Virus record (IMG/VR): IMGVR_UViG_3300030114_000522
DNA: 64,000 nucleotides
Direction: 5' to 3' (one strand)
DNA from: a virus
The first letter of the stretch is position 1. Every line of letters begins with the position of its first letter. Under the pieces are notes generated by a model. That model was not told the origin of the DNA. It did no database searches and was given only the letters and a program-made list of their open reading frames with translations. Below, one piece after another: positions 10,846 to 21,503 of the stretch. A program made the translations under genes and the position numbers.

Positions 10846-12378
10846 TTAATTACCACTATCATTATTTACTTGTTGCGTTATTTCAGATGTAGTTTGTCCA
10901 TTTTGTTCCATTTCATTTGCATTTGGACGACCACCTTTATTGGTTTTATCACTCATTGTGTGACTTGATTCTGCCGGTATGAACAATTTATCTATACCTA
11001 ATATGGATTCACTTTGTAATAAATTAATACCTTCCATAGGTGTAAATCCTGAATTAGCTAAATATAATAATCTACTTCCACCATAAGCCATATCACTTAA
11101 ACTTGAAGATTTTTTTTCATCTCTATCATAATAAGTGTTATCAAGAATAATACATTTCATTCTTATTTTGGTATTCAACAATCTCAATTCTTCATCTACA
11201 TAATAGTTAAAACTTTTCAATAACATATTTATAACATATGTTATGTTATTAATTAAAGATTTTTTAAGAGCTTCAGCTCCACCTTTTTCTGAATTAAATA
11301 ACATCTCTGACATTCCTGTCTCTGAATAAACTTGATATATACTATTTTTAACCATATTTTCTGTTCTTGCCGATGTAGTATCAAGATTTAATATACTTGC
11401 TTCAAAAGGATTAGTAATAGTAAAAATACCTTCATCAAGATTCTTTTGTATTAAATTTTTCTTGATTGCTTCATTGTAAGTTTTAGCAACTTTAGGGTCT
11501 ACCATTGTATCTTTATCTTTAGTTTCTATTTTGTTATGTATCATTTTTGTACTGTTAACTCTATCTATCTTTTCTTTTAATTCTTTCTTTTCTTCTAATG
11601 CAATTAAATCCTTAAATAGAAAAGCAAATGGAGGTGTACCATGTTTACCTTCTTTTACAACTGAAAAACATATTCCATTTTTTACAGGATAATATCTTTT
11701 CATTATAAATATAGGATTTGTTTCAGAGCCACCATCATTAAATATTGCAATTGCTTTTTGAATTTCAATAGGATATGTAGTAATATCTAGCATAGTATTT
11801 AATTTTAAACAATCAATTACAAATCTCCATACTCCATTTTCATTTTTATAAGGCAAACAATATTCATTATCTATTTTTTGATATATTATTCCTGTAGTAT
11901 CTTCTATTTTATAGTAATAACATTCCCCATCTATTAATAAATCTTCAGCGAATATAGGTAAGTTTGCTTTTAAATTCATTTTTTCTAGATATATACTTGC
12001 GGTATCATAGCATTCTTTTAACTTCTTTTTATATTTTATTAAAGCACTATTTTCTGCATAAGGTATTAACATATGGTCATAAGTCAACATATTTGCTAAT
12101 GTTTTAATTGTCCTATAGTAAATACCTTCTGTTGCCATAAATAATCTTGAATAGTTTTGAAGTTGTTTAAAATTAACATAGGGAGACCTCAATAAACGTG
12201 CTATTTCATGTTTATCTAATCTTCCATATGTTACACCTCTTTGTGCTATGTTAGGGTCAAACCTTGTACCTATAAATGATTCTTGTGCAAAATCCATCCA
12301 TTGTCTTTGATTTTCTTCTGCTAATTGTTGCTTATTTTGTTGGTAAGCAGTTGGTTGTTTTGGTTTTGTTGTTGGCAT
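10846..12378 (-). CDS. Portal protein
   Basis: 510 aa directly after terminase; C-terminal SSHT..GGRP typical of portals in SPbeta-like phages. Confidence 0.75.
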   Translation of the reverse strand: MPTTKPKQPTAYQQNKQQLAEENQRQWMDFAQESFIGTRFDPNIAQRGVTYGRLDKHEIARLLRSPYVNFKQLQNYSRLFMATEGIYYRTIKTLANMLTYDHMLIPYAENSALIKYKKKLKECYDTASIYLEKMNLKANLPIFAEDLLIDGECYYYKIEDTTGIIYQKIDNEYCLPYKNENGVWRFVIDCLKLNTMLDITTYPIEIQKAIAIFNDGGSETNPIFIMKRYYPVKNGICFSVVKEGKHGTPPFAFLFKDLIALEEKKELKEKIDRVNSTKMIHNKIETKDKDTMVDPKVAKTYNEAIKKNLIQKNLDEGIFTITNPFEASILNLDTTSARTENMVKNSIYQVYSETGMSEMLFNSEKGGAEALKKSLINNITYVINMLLKSFNYYVDEELRLLNTKIRMKCIILDNTYYDRDEKKSSSLSDMAYGGSRLLYLANSGFTPMEGINLLQSESILGIDKLFIPAESSHTMSDKTNKGGRPNANEMEQNGQTTSEITQQVNNDSGN

Positions 12379-12425
12379 TATTGGTTGTCACCTCCTTTAT
12401 TATTATTTTAATATGTTTTATTCTT

Positions 12426-14141
12426 TTAAAAGAAGCAATAGTCTAACATTGAAGAATCCTTATCTTTTTTTGTTTTATTTTCATAAGTCATTATATAATA
12501 CATCATATAACTACATGCACTATATCTATCTTTGTCTAAAGATTTTGAATTTCTTTCTACTGTTAGTTTTCCTCCATTCATTGTTTTTAATTGCAAATTA
12601 GCTACTTCTTCTATAAAAAACTCTGTTTGAATTGAACCCAACAGTCCATTACTCATAAAATCAGTATCTGAAGAATAATCTAATTTACTTTGGTCTACTT
12701 TATCTAATAATTGCAATGTTTTACCTTCTACCATATTAATGAAATTAACTATAATATCACTATTTATACCCTGTGCATTTACAACGAATAAACATTTTTC
12801 AGTTTCAGCTTCGTCGCTTTCATGTTCTGTATTTATAGTATCATATGCAATTAATTCGTCTCCTGTTATTGGGTCTATATGTAATTTTAATAATTCATCA
12901 ACTAGTCCAACCCCTAAACCATTCCCATCTAAAATTACTTTTTTTGCCTTAAATGTATTTCTTAGTTTTTTAATTATTATTGCTTGTCCTGTAAAATTCA
13001 TTCCATTAGGTAAGTTTATTAAGTTTACTAATTGTATATGTTTTACCCTATCATTTTTATCTCTTTTGACTTTTCCTATAGATATGGATGTTTGATTGTT
13101 TGAGGTTTTTGTTGAACGTGCTACATCTACTCCAATGTAATACTCAGACTTTCCATCACTTTTGAGTTCAGATTTTGGCAAAACTCTTAGTTCTATTAAT
13201 TTATCTATATCCACTAAACAATTATCTGTTGACCCAACCCAACGACTTTCGTAATTAGTTGCAAAGAAAATAGGAGATAGCTTTTCTTTTTTTGATAATA
13301 TTTGTGATTTTGTTTCACCCCTGCCATATTCACATGCTAATTGCCAATCAGCACCTAAAACCATAATCCCTTTTAGTTCCGCCATTTCATCAAACATTTG
13401 TAAACTTCTTTCATACTCTGTATTTTTGAAATATGCAGTTGTTAAAAAATGAATTTGTCCACTTAATTCATCTGGATTAATTAACGATTCTTTTCCAATT
13501 GTTCTTCTAGGAACATTTGGTATAGGTTCTAAGGCATCTTGGAATACTAAATCATTGATTAACGAACTTTCTTCCATATTTAATCTGTGCCTTCTAAGCC
13601 CTTTACTTGCTTGATTGTTGGCTAAATTATCTATTTTTGAACCACTCGTAAATATTATTTCAGCAGAATCCTTTGAAAAATTTTCCTTAACTATATCACA
13701 AGCTATTAATGGATAATACTTCTTAATTTCTAAGTGTTTCTCTTTTATTAATCTTGCACTAGCTTCTCTAGTTTGTGCAGACATACTCAAATTACTATCT
13801 GGGAATAATATAGCTACAACATATAGTCCTAACATTTCAACAAATGTTTTTCCATATCCCCGAGGAAAAACACCATATACCCTAAGAAATCTTCCTAGAC
13901 TTCTTAGAAAAACTCTTTGGTCTAAATCTAGTCTAATACTATTTGATTCAGGAGTTATTAAATCTAGAAATAAATCCATATTCCATCTAGCCCAAGATAT
14001 GAAATCAACCCATTTATCTAAATTTTGAGTAAACTTATCATCTTCTCGTTTAGTTTTATTATATACAGGTGAATTAAAATTAGGATTACTTATATCACTT
14101 CTATCATTAGTATGCATGTCATTTACTCTAAAATTGTTCAT
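12426..14141 (-). CDS. terL: Terminase large subunit
   Basis: Walker A PRGYGKT, Walker B-like LNMEE, RNase H nuclease motifs IGVDVA, ILDGNG, KDRYSA. Confidence 0.9.
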   Translation of the reverse strand: MNNFRVNDMHTNDRSDISNPNFNSPVYNKTKREDDKFTQNLDKWVDFISWARWNMDLFLDLITPESNSIRLDLDQRVFLRSLGRFLRVYGVFPRGYGKTFVEMLGLYVVAILFPDSNLSMSAQTREASARLIKEKHLEIKKYYPLIACDIVKENFSKDSAEIIFTSGSKIDNLANNQASKGLRRHRLNMEESSLINDLVFQDALEPIPNVPRRTIGKESLINPDELSGQIHFLTTAYFKNTEYERSLQMFDEMAELKGIMVLGADWQLACEYGRGETKSQILSKKEKLSPIFFATNYESRWVGSTDNCLVDIDKLIELRVLPKSELKSDGKSEYYIGVDVARSTKTSNNQTSISIGKVKRDKNDRVKHIQLVNLINLPNGMNFTGQAIIIKKLRNTFKAKKVILDGNGLGVGLVDELLKLHIDPITGDELIAYDTINTEHESDEAETEKCLFVVNAQGINSDIIVNFINMVEGKTLQLLDKVDQSKLDYSSDTDFMSNGLLGSIQTEFFIEEVANLQLKTMNGGKLTVERNSKSLDKDRYSACSYMMYYIMTYENKTKKDKDSSMLDYCFF

Positions 14142-15091
14142 ATTTGTTCGTCCTCAAATTCAAATTCTCTATTATCTTCTTTTTTATATTCGTCTCTACG
14201 TTCTTCATAAAATGCCCAGATATCTTTATATTCAACATCTGGTAGATTCTTTAATCTTCTTATATAATTTATATAACACCATAGAGTAAAATCCACTTTA
14301 TCTTGAGGTTTTTCAATGAATTTAGGTAATATTGAAATCATATCTACGGCTTGTTCAACTGCTCTTGAAAGTTCCCCAAAACCATTTAAACCACCACTTA
14401 AATCAGCCTTACTTAGTTGCGATGGGTTTATTTTTGCACGCTCAGACGCTTTATCTGCAAGTTGTCCCCATTTTTGAGCTTCACTTACATCTCCTTTTGC
14501 AGTTGCTAATTCTTCTTTAACTCTATATCTAATATAAGTAAGCAATGCTTCTGTATGCATGGCAGTTTTTTGAGGATAATTTTCTTTCAATAAATCATAT
14601 TTTCTTTCAAATGAATATAATTCTTCATCATTATAGCCAAAACCCCATTTATCTATGAGTCTTCTTCTTTCACTATCATTCAATAAAGCTTCTTCCATTA
14701 TTATTCCGTTATGTATATTTGTATTAGAATTAGGTGTAAATAAACTATCTTTATATTTTAATTCTCTATTTTGTGTCATCCCTAAATCTTTAAAATAAAA
14801 TCCAATTGCAGATTCTATTTTGGGATATTTTTCTAAGTTATCTGATAATGTTTGATATAAAAATGGTCTATCTACCTTTGATAGCATGCTTTTGAATTTA
14901 TCAATATTTAAAGTTCTATTATCATTTAAACTCATATTTATACAACATTGCTTACAATAGGGTAAAGTTCCAGATTTAGTTGTGCCATAGCTTTTATAGA
15001 ATTCACTAGGTTTTTTATCATGGTCACAACCTGTACAATATATAAGTTCTCTACTTGTCATATCAGTATTACCTTTTGGTTTATTTGCCAT
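14138..15091 (-). CDS. Probable terminase small subunit with N-terminal Zn finger (start MANKPKG)
   Basis: CTGC...CKQC; overlaps terL start; AGGAGG RBS before 15091. Confidence 0.6.
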   Translation of the reverse strand: MANKPKGNTDMTSRELIYCTGCDHDKKPSEFYKSYGTTKSGTLPYCKQCCINMSLNDNRTLNIDKFKSMLSKVDRPFLYQTLSDNLEKYPKIESAIGFYFKDLGMTQNRELKYKDSLFTPNSNTNIHNGIIMEEALLNDSERRRLIDKWGFGYNDEELYSFERKYDLLKENYPQKTAMHTEALLTYIRYRVKEELATAKGDVSEAQKWGQLADKASERAKINPSQLSKADLSGGLNGFGELSRAVEQAVDMISILPKFIEKPQDKVDFTLWCYINYIRRLKNLPDVEYKDIWAFYEERRDEYKKEDNREFEFEDEQI

Positions 15092-15152
15092 GATAATACA
15101 CCTCCTTTTAATTTTGCATAATAAAAAAGCCACTAAATTTAATTAGCGACTT

Positions 15153-15995
15153 CTAAATCTTTTTGTTTATATAATCTTTATAGTACATCCATTTTAAAAG
15201 TATTCCGTCCTCTAATTTCCCACACGTTCCTCTTATCCCTTTACAACATTTTGTAATACAACTTCCATCGCAATTATAAAATATCGCACCATCTCGCACA
15301 GTATCAAATTCTTTTCCAGTTGTAATACATATTACTTTTTTAGCATAAGGATTATCTTTTCCTACCCTACCTTCACTTATTTTTTTCTTAGTTTCTTGTG
15401 ATATTATCTTTCCCTTTTGAGAATCACTCATTTTCTTTTTTGTTTCTTCTGAATAATGAGTCCCAAACAAAGGGTTTAAAGTTTTATTTAATCCCTTATT
15501 CCAAGATTCATACCCTTTTTTACTCCAATGATTTTCTTTCATTCTTAATCTAGTTTCTTCTGAATGAATCTTTCCGTAATTAGGATTTCCTTCTCCTTTA
15601 TTATTTATACTCATTCTTATTTTAGTCTCAATACTAGGACTCCCAGTTCCTCCACCTTCATTCATATTATATCCATTATTAATCGAATCATGGATACTAA
15701 TCCAACATTTTTCTTTAATATCTAATTCTTCTTGCGAAAATGCCATGTCTAGTATTTTAGTAGTAATAAAGTTGGCATATCCTTGTTTAGTCATAGCACT
15801 AAGTAAGTGTCTATTATAATAATACCCTTGTTCTTTATGACTTTTATAATAATTATAAACTCTTTCTGAATCTATGCCACCATAATCATAACGCTTATTA
15901 AATTCCTGTATTGTTTGTCCAATATAAATTTTATTATTTAATATATTTTCAATTTTATATATAATTCCATATACTTCTAAATTCCCTATTAACAT
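15153..15995 (-). CDS. GIY-YIG homing endonuclease with NUMOD3/NUMOD1 repeats
   Basis: GIIYKIEN..KIYIGQT, GYN, repeated HSEET.., KVICITTG. Confidence 0.9.
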   Translation of the reverse strand: MLIGNLEVYGIIYKIENILNNKIYIGQTIQEFNKRYDYGGIDSERVYNYYKSHKEQGYYYNRHLLSAMTKQGYANFITTKILDMAFSQEELDIKEKCWISIHDSINNGYNMNEGGGTGSPSIETKIRMSINNKGEGNPNYGKIHSEETRLRMKENHWSKKGYESWNKGLNKTLNPLFGTHYSEETKKKMSDSQKGKIISQETKKKISEGRVGKDNPYAKKVICITTGKEFDTVRDGAIFYNCDGSCITKCCKGIRGTCGKLEDGILLKWMYYKDYINKKI

Positions 15996-16070
15996 ATATA
16001 ATTCCTCCTAAAGAATTTAATTTATTTAAAATGAGAAACGTAGCTAGGATACTACGCTTTTGACCCGTCA

Positions 16071-16272
16071 CTGAATACTCGTCACAACCTAAAGGTTGGA
16101 CGGTTCTTAATTACTAATAAATTTCTTTTATACTCTCATTTATAACAATAGTATCTTTTATAAATTACAACATATAAACACTAATTATATTCATTAAGAC
16201 TTTTACTAACAAAGCAACCATTGTCACTATTAGCGTTAGCATATGGCTCGATTCTAAACCATTTTATTATTT
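16071..16272 (-). ncRNA. Putative omegaRNA/reRNA scaffold of the IS605-type tnpB
   Basis: About 200 nt between tnpB stop and right-end hairpin, where such RNAs are encoded. Confidence 0.5.
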
Positions 16273-17712
16273 TTATATTCCCATGCTTGATATTATCTTA
16301 CTATCACTATTTTGTATTCTAATTATTTCTTTATCATGTAATAATTTAAAATTGTCAAAGGTTTCAAAACATTTATCTCTATCAATCTCTTTTAAATTAT
16401 CTTTAACATTCATTATTAAAAAACTACTATATAAATCTCTTTGTATTTTATAATTTTCAAATTTATTCCATCTTTCACTCAAAGATTTTTTATTACATTC
16501 TCCTGTAAAGTGGTTATATTGACTCGCCTTAATTTTATAAGTATCAATTTTATATAATTTTTCATTATTCCATTTTAACTTATTGTTTAACATAGTCAAA
16601 AACATGCTCGGTGCTTTATTTGCCAAAGACTTACCGAATCTTTTTTTCTTATTGAATTTACCATCTTTATTTTTAGTAGTCTTTTTACTTCTACTTTGTA
16701 ACCCCTTATAATTCATAGTTTCAACATAGAATTTATCCCCTAGCATTAATAATTCACCTATCATTTTATAATGTTCTTGTTTTCTTATTTCAACTTGTTT
16801 TCTATATAGTTCTTTTCTTTCCGATTTAAGCTTTATATAATTATTACTAAATGTCCACTTATCTTTATTTCCTATTTTAATAGTTCCATTCTCATTAAAT
16901 TTATTAGGATTCATAGCACGTTTACTTCTATCCATTTTTCTTTGTAATAACTTTATTTCTCTATCAATATTATTAATACTAGGTGCTAATTCTAATAATT
17001 TAACATCATATTTACTTGATATTGCAATTGTTCTAGTTCCTATGTCAATTCCGACAGAACCTAAACCAATTTGCCCCTTTAATTCACCATCTTTAGTTAC
17101 TTTAATAGGTGGAATACCTTCTAATACCAATTGAATATAGAATTTAATTTTACCTTTTATTTCTTTTCTAACTATTCTACAATATTTAACTCTATCTTGA
17201 ATAGCTTTTTGTGCATATACATCACTGTTCTTAATTATAACTGGCATATTTAATTTATTCCATTGAATTATTCCATCTCTATATTTAATGCCTTGTGCAT
17301 TAGTTTTCCCTTCAACTGAATTTAATTCATTATATTTAATATAATTGATTTTATCTGCTTGATGAAACATTAACTTTTGGAAAGCATTAAATGACCTACT
17401 AGCCATTGCTTGGGCGGTTTTACTATCAATATTATAATAATTATACATAGGAACTACAAAGTGATGAAGTGAATATTCTGTCAAACCATATTTATTATTT
17501 AATTCATTAAATATTTTATTTCTATCTTTGTCTTTTGATTTACAATTCTTTCTATATTCTTTAGATTCTCTCATATGATTATATCTTTTAAACAATTCAG
17601 TTATACAAGAATTATAAATCTTCCTACATTTTTCAAATCTTTTATTTAATTCTGCTTCTTGATATTTTTCTGTATTTAATTGTAATGTTAATATGTAAGT
17701 TGATGTTGACAT
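16273..17712 (-). CDS. tnpB: TnpB RNA-guided endonuclease
   Basis: RuvC residues GIDIG, YVETM, QRDLYS all present; no Zn ribbon. Confidence 0.9.
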   Translation of the reverse strand: MSTSTYILTLQLNTEKYQEAELNKRFEKCRKIYNSCITELFKRYNHMRESKEYRKNCKSKDKDRNKIFNELNNKYGLTEYSLHHFVVPMYNYYNIDSKTAQAMASRSFNAFQKLMFHQADKINYIKYNELNSVEGKTNAQGIKYRDGIIQWNKLNMPVIIKNSDVYAQKAIQDRVKYCRIVRKEIKGKIKFYIQLVLEGIPPIKVTKDGELKGQIGLGSVGIDIGTRTIAISSKYDVKLLELAPSINNIDREIKLLQRKMDRSKRAMNPNKFNENGTIKIGNKDKWTFSNNYIKLKSERKELYRKQVEIRKQEHYKMIGELLMLGDKFYVETMNYKGLQSRSKKTTKNKDGKFNKKKRFGKSLANKAPSMFLTMLNNKLKWNNEKLYKIDTYKIKASQYNHFTGECNKKSLSERWNKFENYKIQRDLYSSFLIMNVKDNLKEIDRDKCFETFDNFKLLHDKEIIRIQNSDSKIISSMGI

Positions 17713-18009
17713 TATATCACTCCCTTCCTAATTAATATATTACTACTTTAATTTATCATTATCAAGTTTTTCTAATTGATAATTATTTCCCTCCACCACA
17801 CGCTAAAGCATGGGTGTTAGTTGTTTAACGATAGGTTTGTAATATCTATCTCATAATTATATATTAACATATTTAAATGAAAATATCAACTATTATTTTA
17901 ATACATTATCTATTTATTTTTAGCAATTTACCACTAAGATAAATTTCATTAAAATAAATAATAAAATAGACTAGGTATATTCCAACCTAGTCACATTAAT
18001 ATAAAATTA

Positions 18010-18261
18010 TTATTTACTAGTTTTTACTTTATCATCAGTTTTAGATTCAACAACTTCTTTAGTTTCACTAACTGTAGTATACTTTCCAGCTTGCAAATCC
18101 TTAATTAATTGTTCAATCATATCTTTTACCACTTTAATATCACTGGCTTTAGCATAATCCTTTAGGTCTGCTGAATTTCCACCTGTTCCTAGTCCTTCTA
18201 AAACTTCAGTAAGTGTTCTTCCATCTTTTAAATTTATATTATCTGTACCAAATTGTGCCAT
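18010..18261 (-). CDS. Hypothetical protein
   Basis: 83 aa, GAGG RBS, followed by hairpin 17968-17993. Confidence 0.65.
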   Translation of the reverse strand: MAQFGTDNINLKDGRTLTEVLEGLGTGGNSADLKDYAKASDIKVVKDMIEQLIKDLQAGKYTTVSETKEVVESKTDDKVKTSK

Positions 18262-18293
18262 AATTATTATTCCTCATTTCTTTCTTTAATTAA

Positions 18294-19097
18294 TTATAAT
18301 GTTTCTATAATTTCACCTTCAAAATTATTTACCTTTAATCTTAGTTTTTCTAATTCAAATTTAATAGCATCTTTAATTACAACTCTAAAACATTCACACA
18401 TTGCTTGTGCATATAATTCTACTGTATTCAAAATAGAACTTAATTGACTAGTTAGAATAGAATTAATATCAACAGTAAATGTAACTGTCAAAGTTTCGTC
18501 TATCATAACTACTTTATTGTTTAGAACAAATTCTACTTGAACTCCTGTATATATAGTTGTATTGGTAGAAATTACACTTCCTATACCATATACTGAATTA
18601 ATAGCAGATACTAAAATACTTGAATCGGTGGTTAAAACTTTAGTTCCTACTACTTTCCCACCTACTACACTAATATCACTAGCACTATATAATGCTAAAA
18701 TACTTGTATCTGCTTTAATATCATTTAATATTGCAGTTGAAATTTCGCTAGCAGTCGCTATTCCATTAGTAATATCGGCTATAGTGATAGCTATTACTTT
18801 AGTTCCAATTGTCACATTAGCAGTTCCAGCATTTACTGGACTAGCAATAACACTAGTAGGTAAAATTATGGATAATGTATTAGTATAGTTTATAATTCCC
18901 TTATCCTCAACAACATCACCTGCCACTATCTTCATATATCTTTTAAATTCTAGGTCTTTGTATTCAATTTTAGGAGAATAGTCTTTGACATAAGTTTTTT
19001 CCATCTCGGGAGTTAATAATGGTGTTCCATATTGGTTAAACATAACAATACTTGTTAAAACATTATTATCAATTTTTTTATCGTATGCTAATTTCAT
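18294..19097 (-). CDS. Hypothetical, possibly virion-associated protein
   Basis: 267 aa with Thr/Val/Ala-rich beta insert; AGGAGG RBS. Confidence 0.6.
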   Translation of the reverse strand: MKLAYDKKIDNNVLTSIVMFNQYGTPLLTPEMEKTYVKDYSPKIEYKDLEFKRYMKIVAGDVVEDKGIINYTNTLSIILPTSVIASPVNAGTANVTIGTKVIAITIADITNGIATASEISTAILNDIKADTSILALYSASDISVVGGKVVGTKVLTTDSSILVSAINSVYGIGSVISTNTTIYTGVQVEFVLNNKVVMIDETLTVTFTVDINSILTSQLSSILNTVELYAQAMCECFRVVIKDAIKFELEKLRLKVNNFEGEIIETL

Positions 19098-19170
19098 TTT
19101 ATTAAATTCCTCCTTAATCTATAATTTTATATATAAGTATTTTAACTAATATATCTATTTATTTTATTTC

Positions 19171-19455
19171 CTAATTATTTACTATTTGTACATTCATTTC
19201 TGTTATAATTCTTTGTAATGCCATTAAACTATTTATATCCATATACGTTGATGACCCTTTATCTTTTTCTAATAATGAATCTTTAACTGTTAATTTTACG
19301 ATATTTTCAGAAGTTAATTGAAGAATTAATACCTTTTGTAATTCCATCTTAATAACACCACCACTTGATAATGTTTGCGTTTTATCAGAAGTATATAATT
19401 TTATAACATCTCCAACCTCCATGCTTGCTACATTAATAGTTTCTAAACTATTCAT
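19171..19455 (-). CDS. Hypothetical protein
   Basis: 94 aa, AGGTGGTG RBS. Confidence 0.65.
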   Translation of the reverse strand: MNSLETINVASMEVGDVIKLYTSDKTQTLSSGGVIKMELQKVLILQLTSENIVKLTVKDSLLEKDKGSSTYMDINSLMALQRIITEMNVQIVNN

Positions 19456-19482
19456 CTATAATTCACCACCTTTATAGTATAT

Positions 19483-20415
19483 TTATTTTGAAAAATCTAT
19501 ATTTTTAAATTTATATATATTTTCACTATGATGAAACGTCCCTACAATATAAGAAACATGTTTTGTTTTATCTTTATTATCAAAATCTCTTTCTTTATAA
19601 ATATATACACAAGTTCTGTTTCCATATCTAATAAAATCTTCACTCTTGATATATTTTGGTATACCATTTATTTTTAACAATTCACATAATTCATCAAATT
19701 CTTGTTGTGTCTCGCAATTAATATAAGCTCTATTTTCAATAAGTTCATTTATATTAAATACCCATTTTTTATTAAATTTTGGAATATCGAATTTTTCTAT
19801 ATCAGTTTTATATTTTAAGAGTATTTCTGTTACAAAATCTGATAATGCTTGTTCTGATTTTTCTTTTATTGTTCCATGTATTATTACACTTTCTATATTT
19901 TCGTAATTAAATTCACAATAATTATTTGAAGACGGAGTAGGTGTAATATTTAATTTATAATATCCACAAGATTTATCCAATTCAACTTGGAAGAATAATT
20001 CTCTGAGTTGTTCTAAATTGTTTAAAACAACATTATTAAATTCATTTATTTTTTCTTGGTTCTCTTCTCTTTTCTTATTAGTAATTCCTTTAAAATCTAT
20101 AGTATTATTATTTTTCTTTAATGATGAATTGTTAACCATTGTTTCAATAAATTCTTCTTTATATCTCTTAAATCCATTATTAAAATCATCTACTGTTTTT
20201 ACTCTATTCGTTGTAATATTATCCATTGGAGTAACTATAGTTATTTCTACAGTTTCATCCCCACAATGTTCAACACGTGTTATGGCTAAATTATCAACAT
20301 CCTTTAATTTACACATTTTCCCAAAAACTTCTCTTTTCCAATATAATTTTACATACCCTAGTTGTGTACTATTCATTATTATCATCCTTTCTTTACTGCC
20401 CTTGCAGTCACCCAT
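19483..20415 (-). CDS. Hypothetical protein (start may be near 20376)
   Basis: Long ORF, AAGGA RBS before internal Met. Confidence 0.65.
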   Translation of the reverse strand: MGDCKGSKERMIIMNSTQLGYVKLYWKREVFGKMCKLKDVDNLAITRVEHCGDETVEITIVTPMDNITTNRVKTVDDFNNGFKRYKEEFIETMVNNSSLKKNNNTIDFKGITNKKREENQEKINEFNNVVLNNLEQLRELFFQVELDKSCGYYKLNITPTPSSNNYCEFNYENIESVIIHGTIKEKSEQALSDFVTEILLKYKTDIEKFDIPKFNKKWVFNINELIENRAYINCETQQEFDELCELLKINGIPKYIKSEDFIRYGNRTCVYIYKERDFDNKDKTKHVSYIVGTFHHSENIYKFKNIDFSK

Positions 20416-20534
20416 AATATAATTTTTATATATCTACATTTATAATAGATATAATTAAAACTATAGAAAAAGACTGTATATATTTCACTACAGTCTTAAT
20501 AAAATATGACTTTTATTCTATTTTAATTTGTTAC

Positions 20535-21125
20535 TTAATTTAATTCGTCTATATCTGCTTTTCCGTAAAAGTAAACTTTTCTGATGGCATCTTTAACTGT
20601 ACAATGTAAACAAAAATCGTCACTATCTTGATTATTAGCCACATTCTGAATTAAATCTTCTACAAGGACTTCAAAGAAATAATCTAATTCTTCATCTTCC
20701 TCATCATCACAATCTTGTTCATTTTCAAATAAACTAACAACGTCACAATCAATATATTGTTTAATTTCTTCCTTACTTATAACCCCATCTTCTACGAATA
20801 CAATATCAGTTTCGCCTTTTGAAATATATTTTAAATGTTCGTATCCATAAGCAGATTCTAAAACATAAGTATATTTACCTTCACGTTTATATTTAGAAAT
20901 CATTAAAACATCTTCATTATATAATTTTTCAAAAGCTTTAAAACTAAATTCATCTTCTTCATTAAATTTATATCCTAGTCCTTCTATTTCTGTAACTAAA
21001 TCTAATGCCATATCATTTGAAAGTATGAATGTTATATTATCAAACTTATCTAATATTGTTAATAATGCTTCAATGCAGTCCTCATATATTTTTTCTGTAT
21101 CTACTTCATTTTCTCTATAACTCAT
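20535..21125 (-). CDS. Acidic hypothetical protein
   Basis: 196 aa, AAGGAG RBS, C-terminal CxHC. Confidence 0.7.
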   Translation of the reverse strand: MSYRENEVDTEKIYEDCIEALLTILDKFDNITFILSNDMALDLVTEIEGLGYKFNEEDEFSFKAFEKLYNEDVLMISKYKREGKYTYVLESAYGYEHLKYISKGETDIVFVEDGVISKEEIKQYIDCDVVSLFENEQDCDDEEDEELDYFFEVLVEDLIQNVANNQDSDDFCLHCTVKDAIRKVYFYGKADIDELN

Positions 21126-21145
21126 ATTTATTTCTCCTTCTTATT

Positions 21146-21494
21146 TCATACTTGATTTTGTTCTTGGGATATTTGAGTTTGAATGGTTTGTTCTTTTGTA
21201 GTCATAATATTACTTTTACCAGTATTTTCATTAAGTATATTGAAATGCGTCTACATTAGCAACTCCTACAGAAATTAACCCTATAAATTGTCCACAAACA
21301 TAACTTATGTCTCTTAAACCTTTTTCGAACTCATCTTCATTTAATTTAAAACAATCTAAATCATCTACATTTATTTTAATTTTGGGAGTTATTTCCTCTA
21401 TTATATCTAAGACTTCATCTTTAGTATAATATTCTTGTTCTTCTGATTCATTTTCTTCAACTTGATTTAATTCTTTATCTTCCATGAATATCAC
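21146..21494 (-). pseudogene. Hypothetical gene with apparent frameshift near 21235
   Basis: ORF stops at 21231 but another frame continues LNENTGKSNIMTTKEQ...NQV to TGA at 21146. Confidence 0.45.
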
Positions 21495-21503
21495 CTATAT
21501 CCC

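Larger units (their letters stand above)
16071..17824 (-). mobile_element. Non-autonomous IS200/IS605-family element (tnpB only)
   Basis: Subterminal hairpins with TTTA loops at 17794-17816 and 16080-16102; right end ...GAAC-hairpin...TCAG; no tnpA; ends approximate. Confidence 0.7.

Noticed and set aside
16030-17856. Reconstituted leader as a c-di-GMP riboswitch
   Set aside because: Superficial similarity only; conserved GEMM core nucleotides are not matched.
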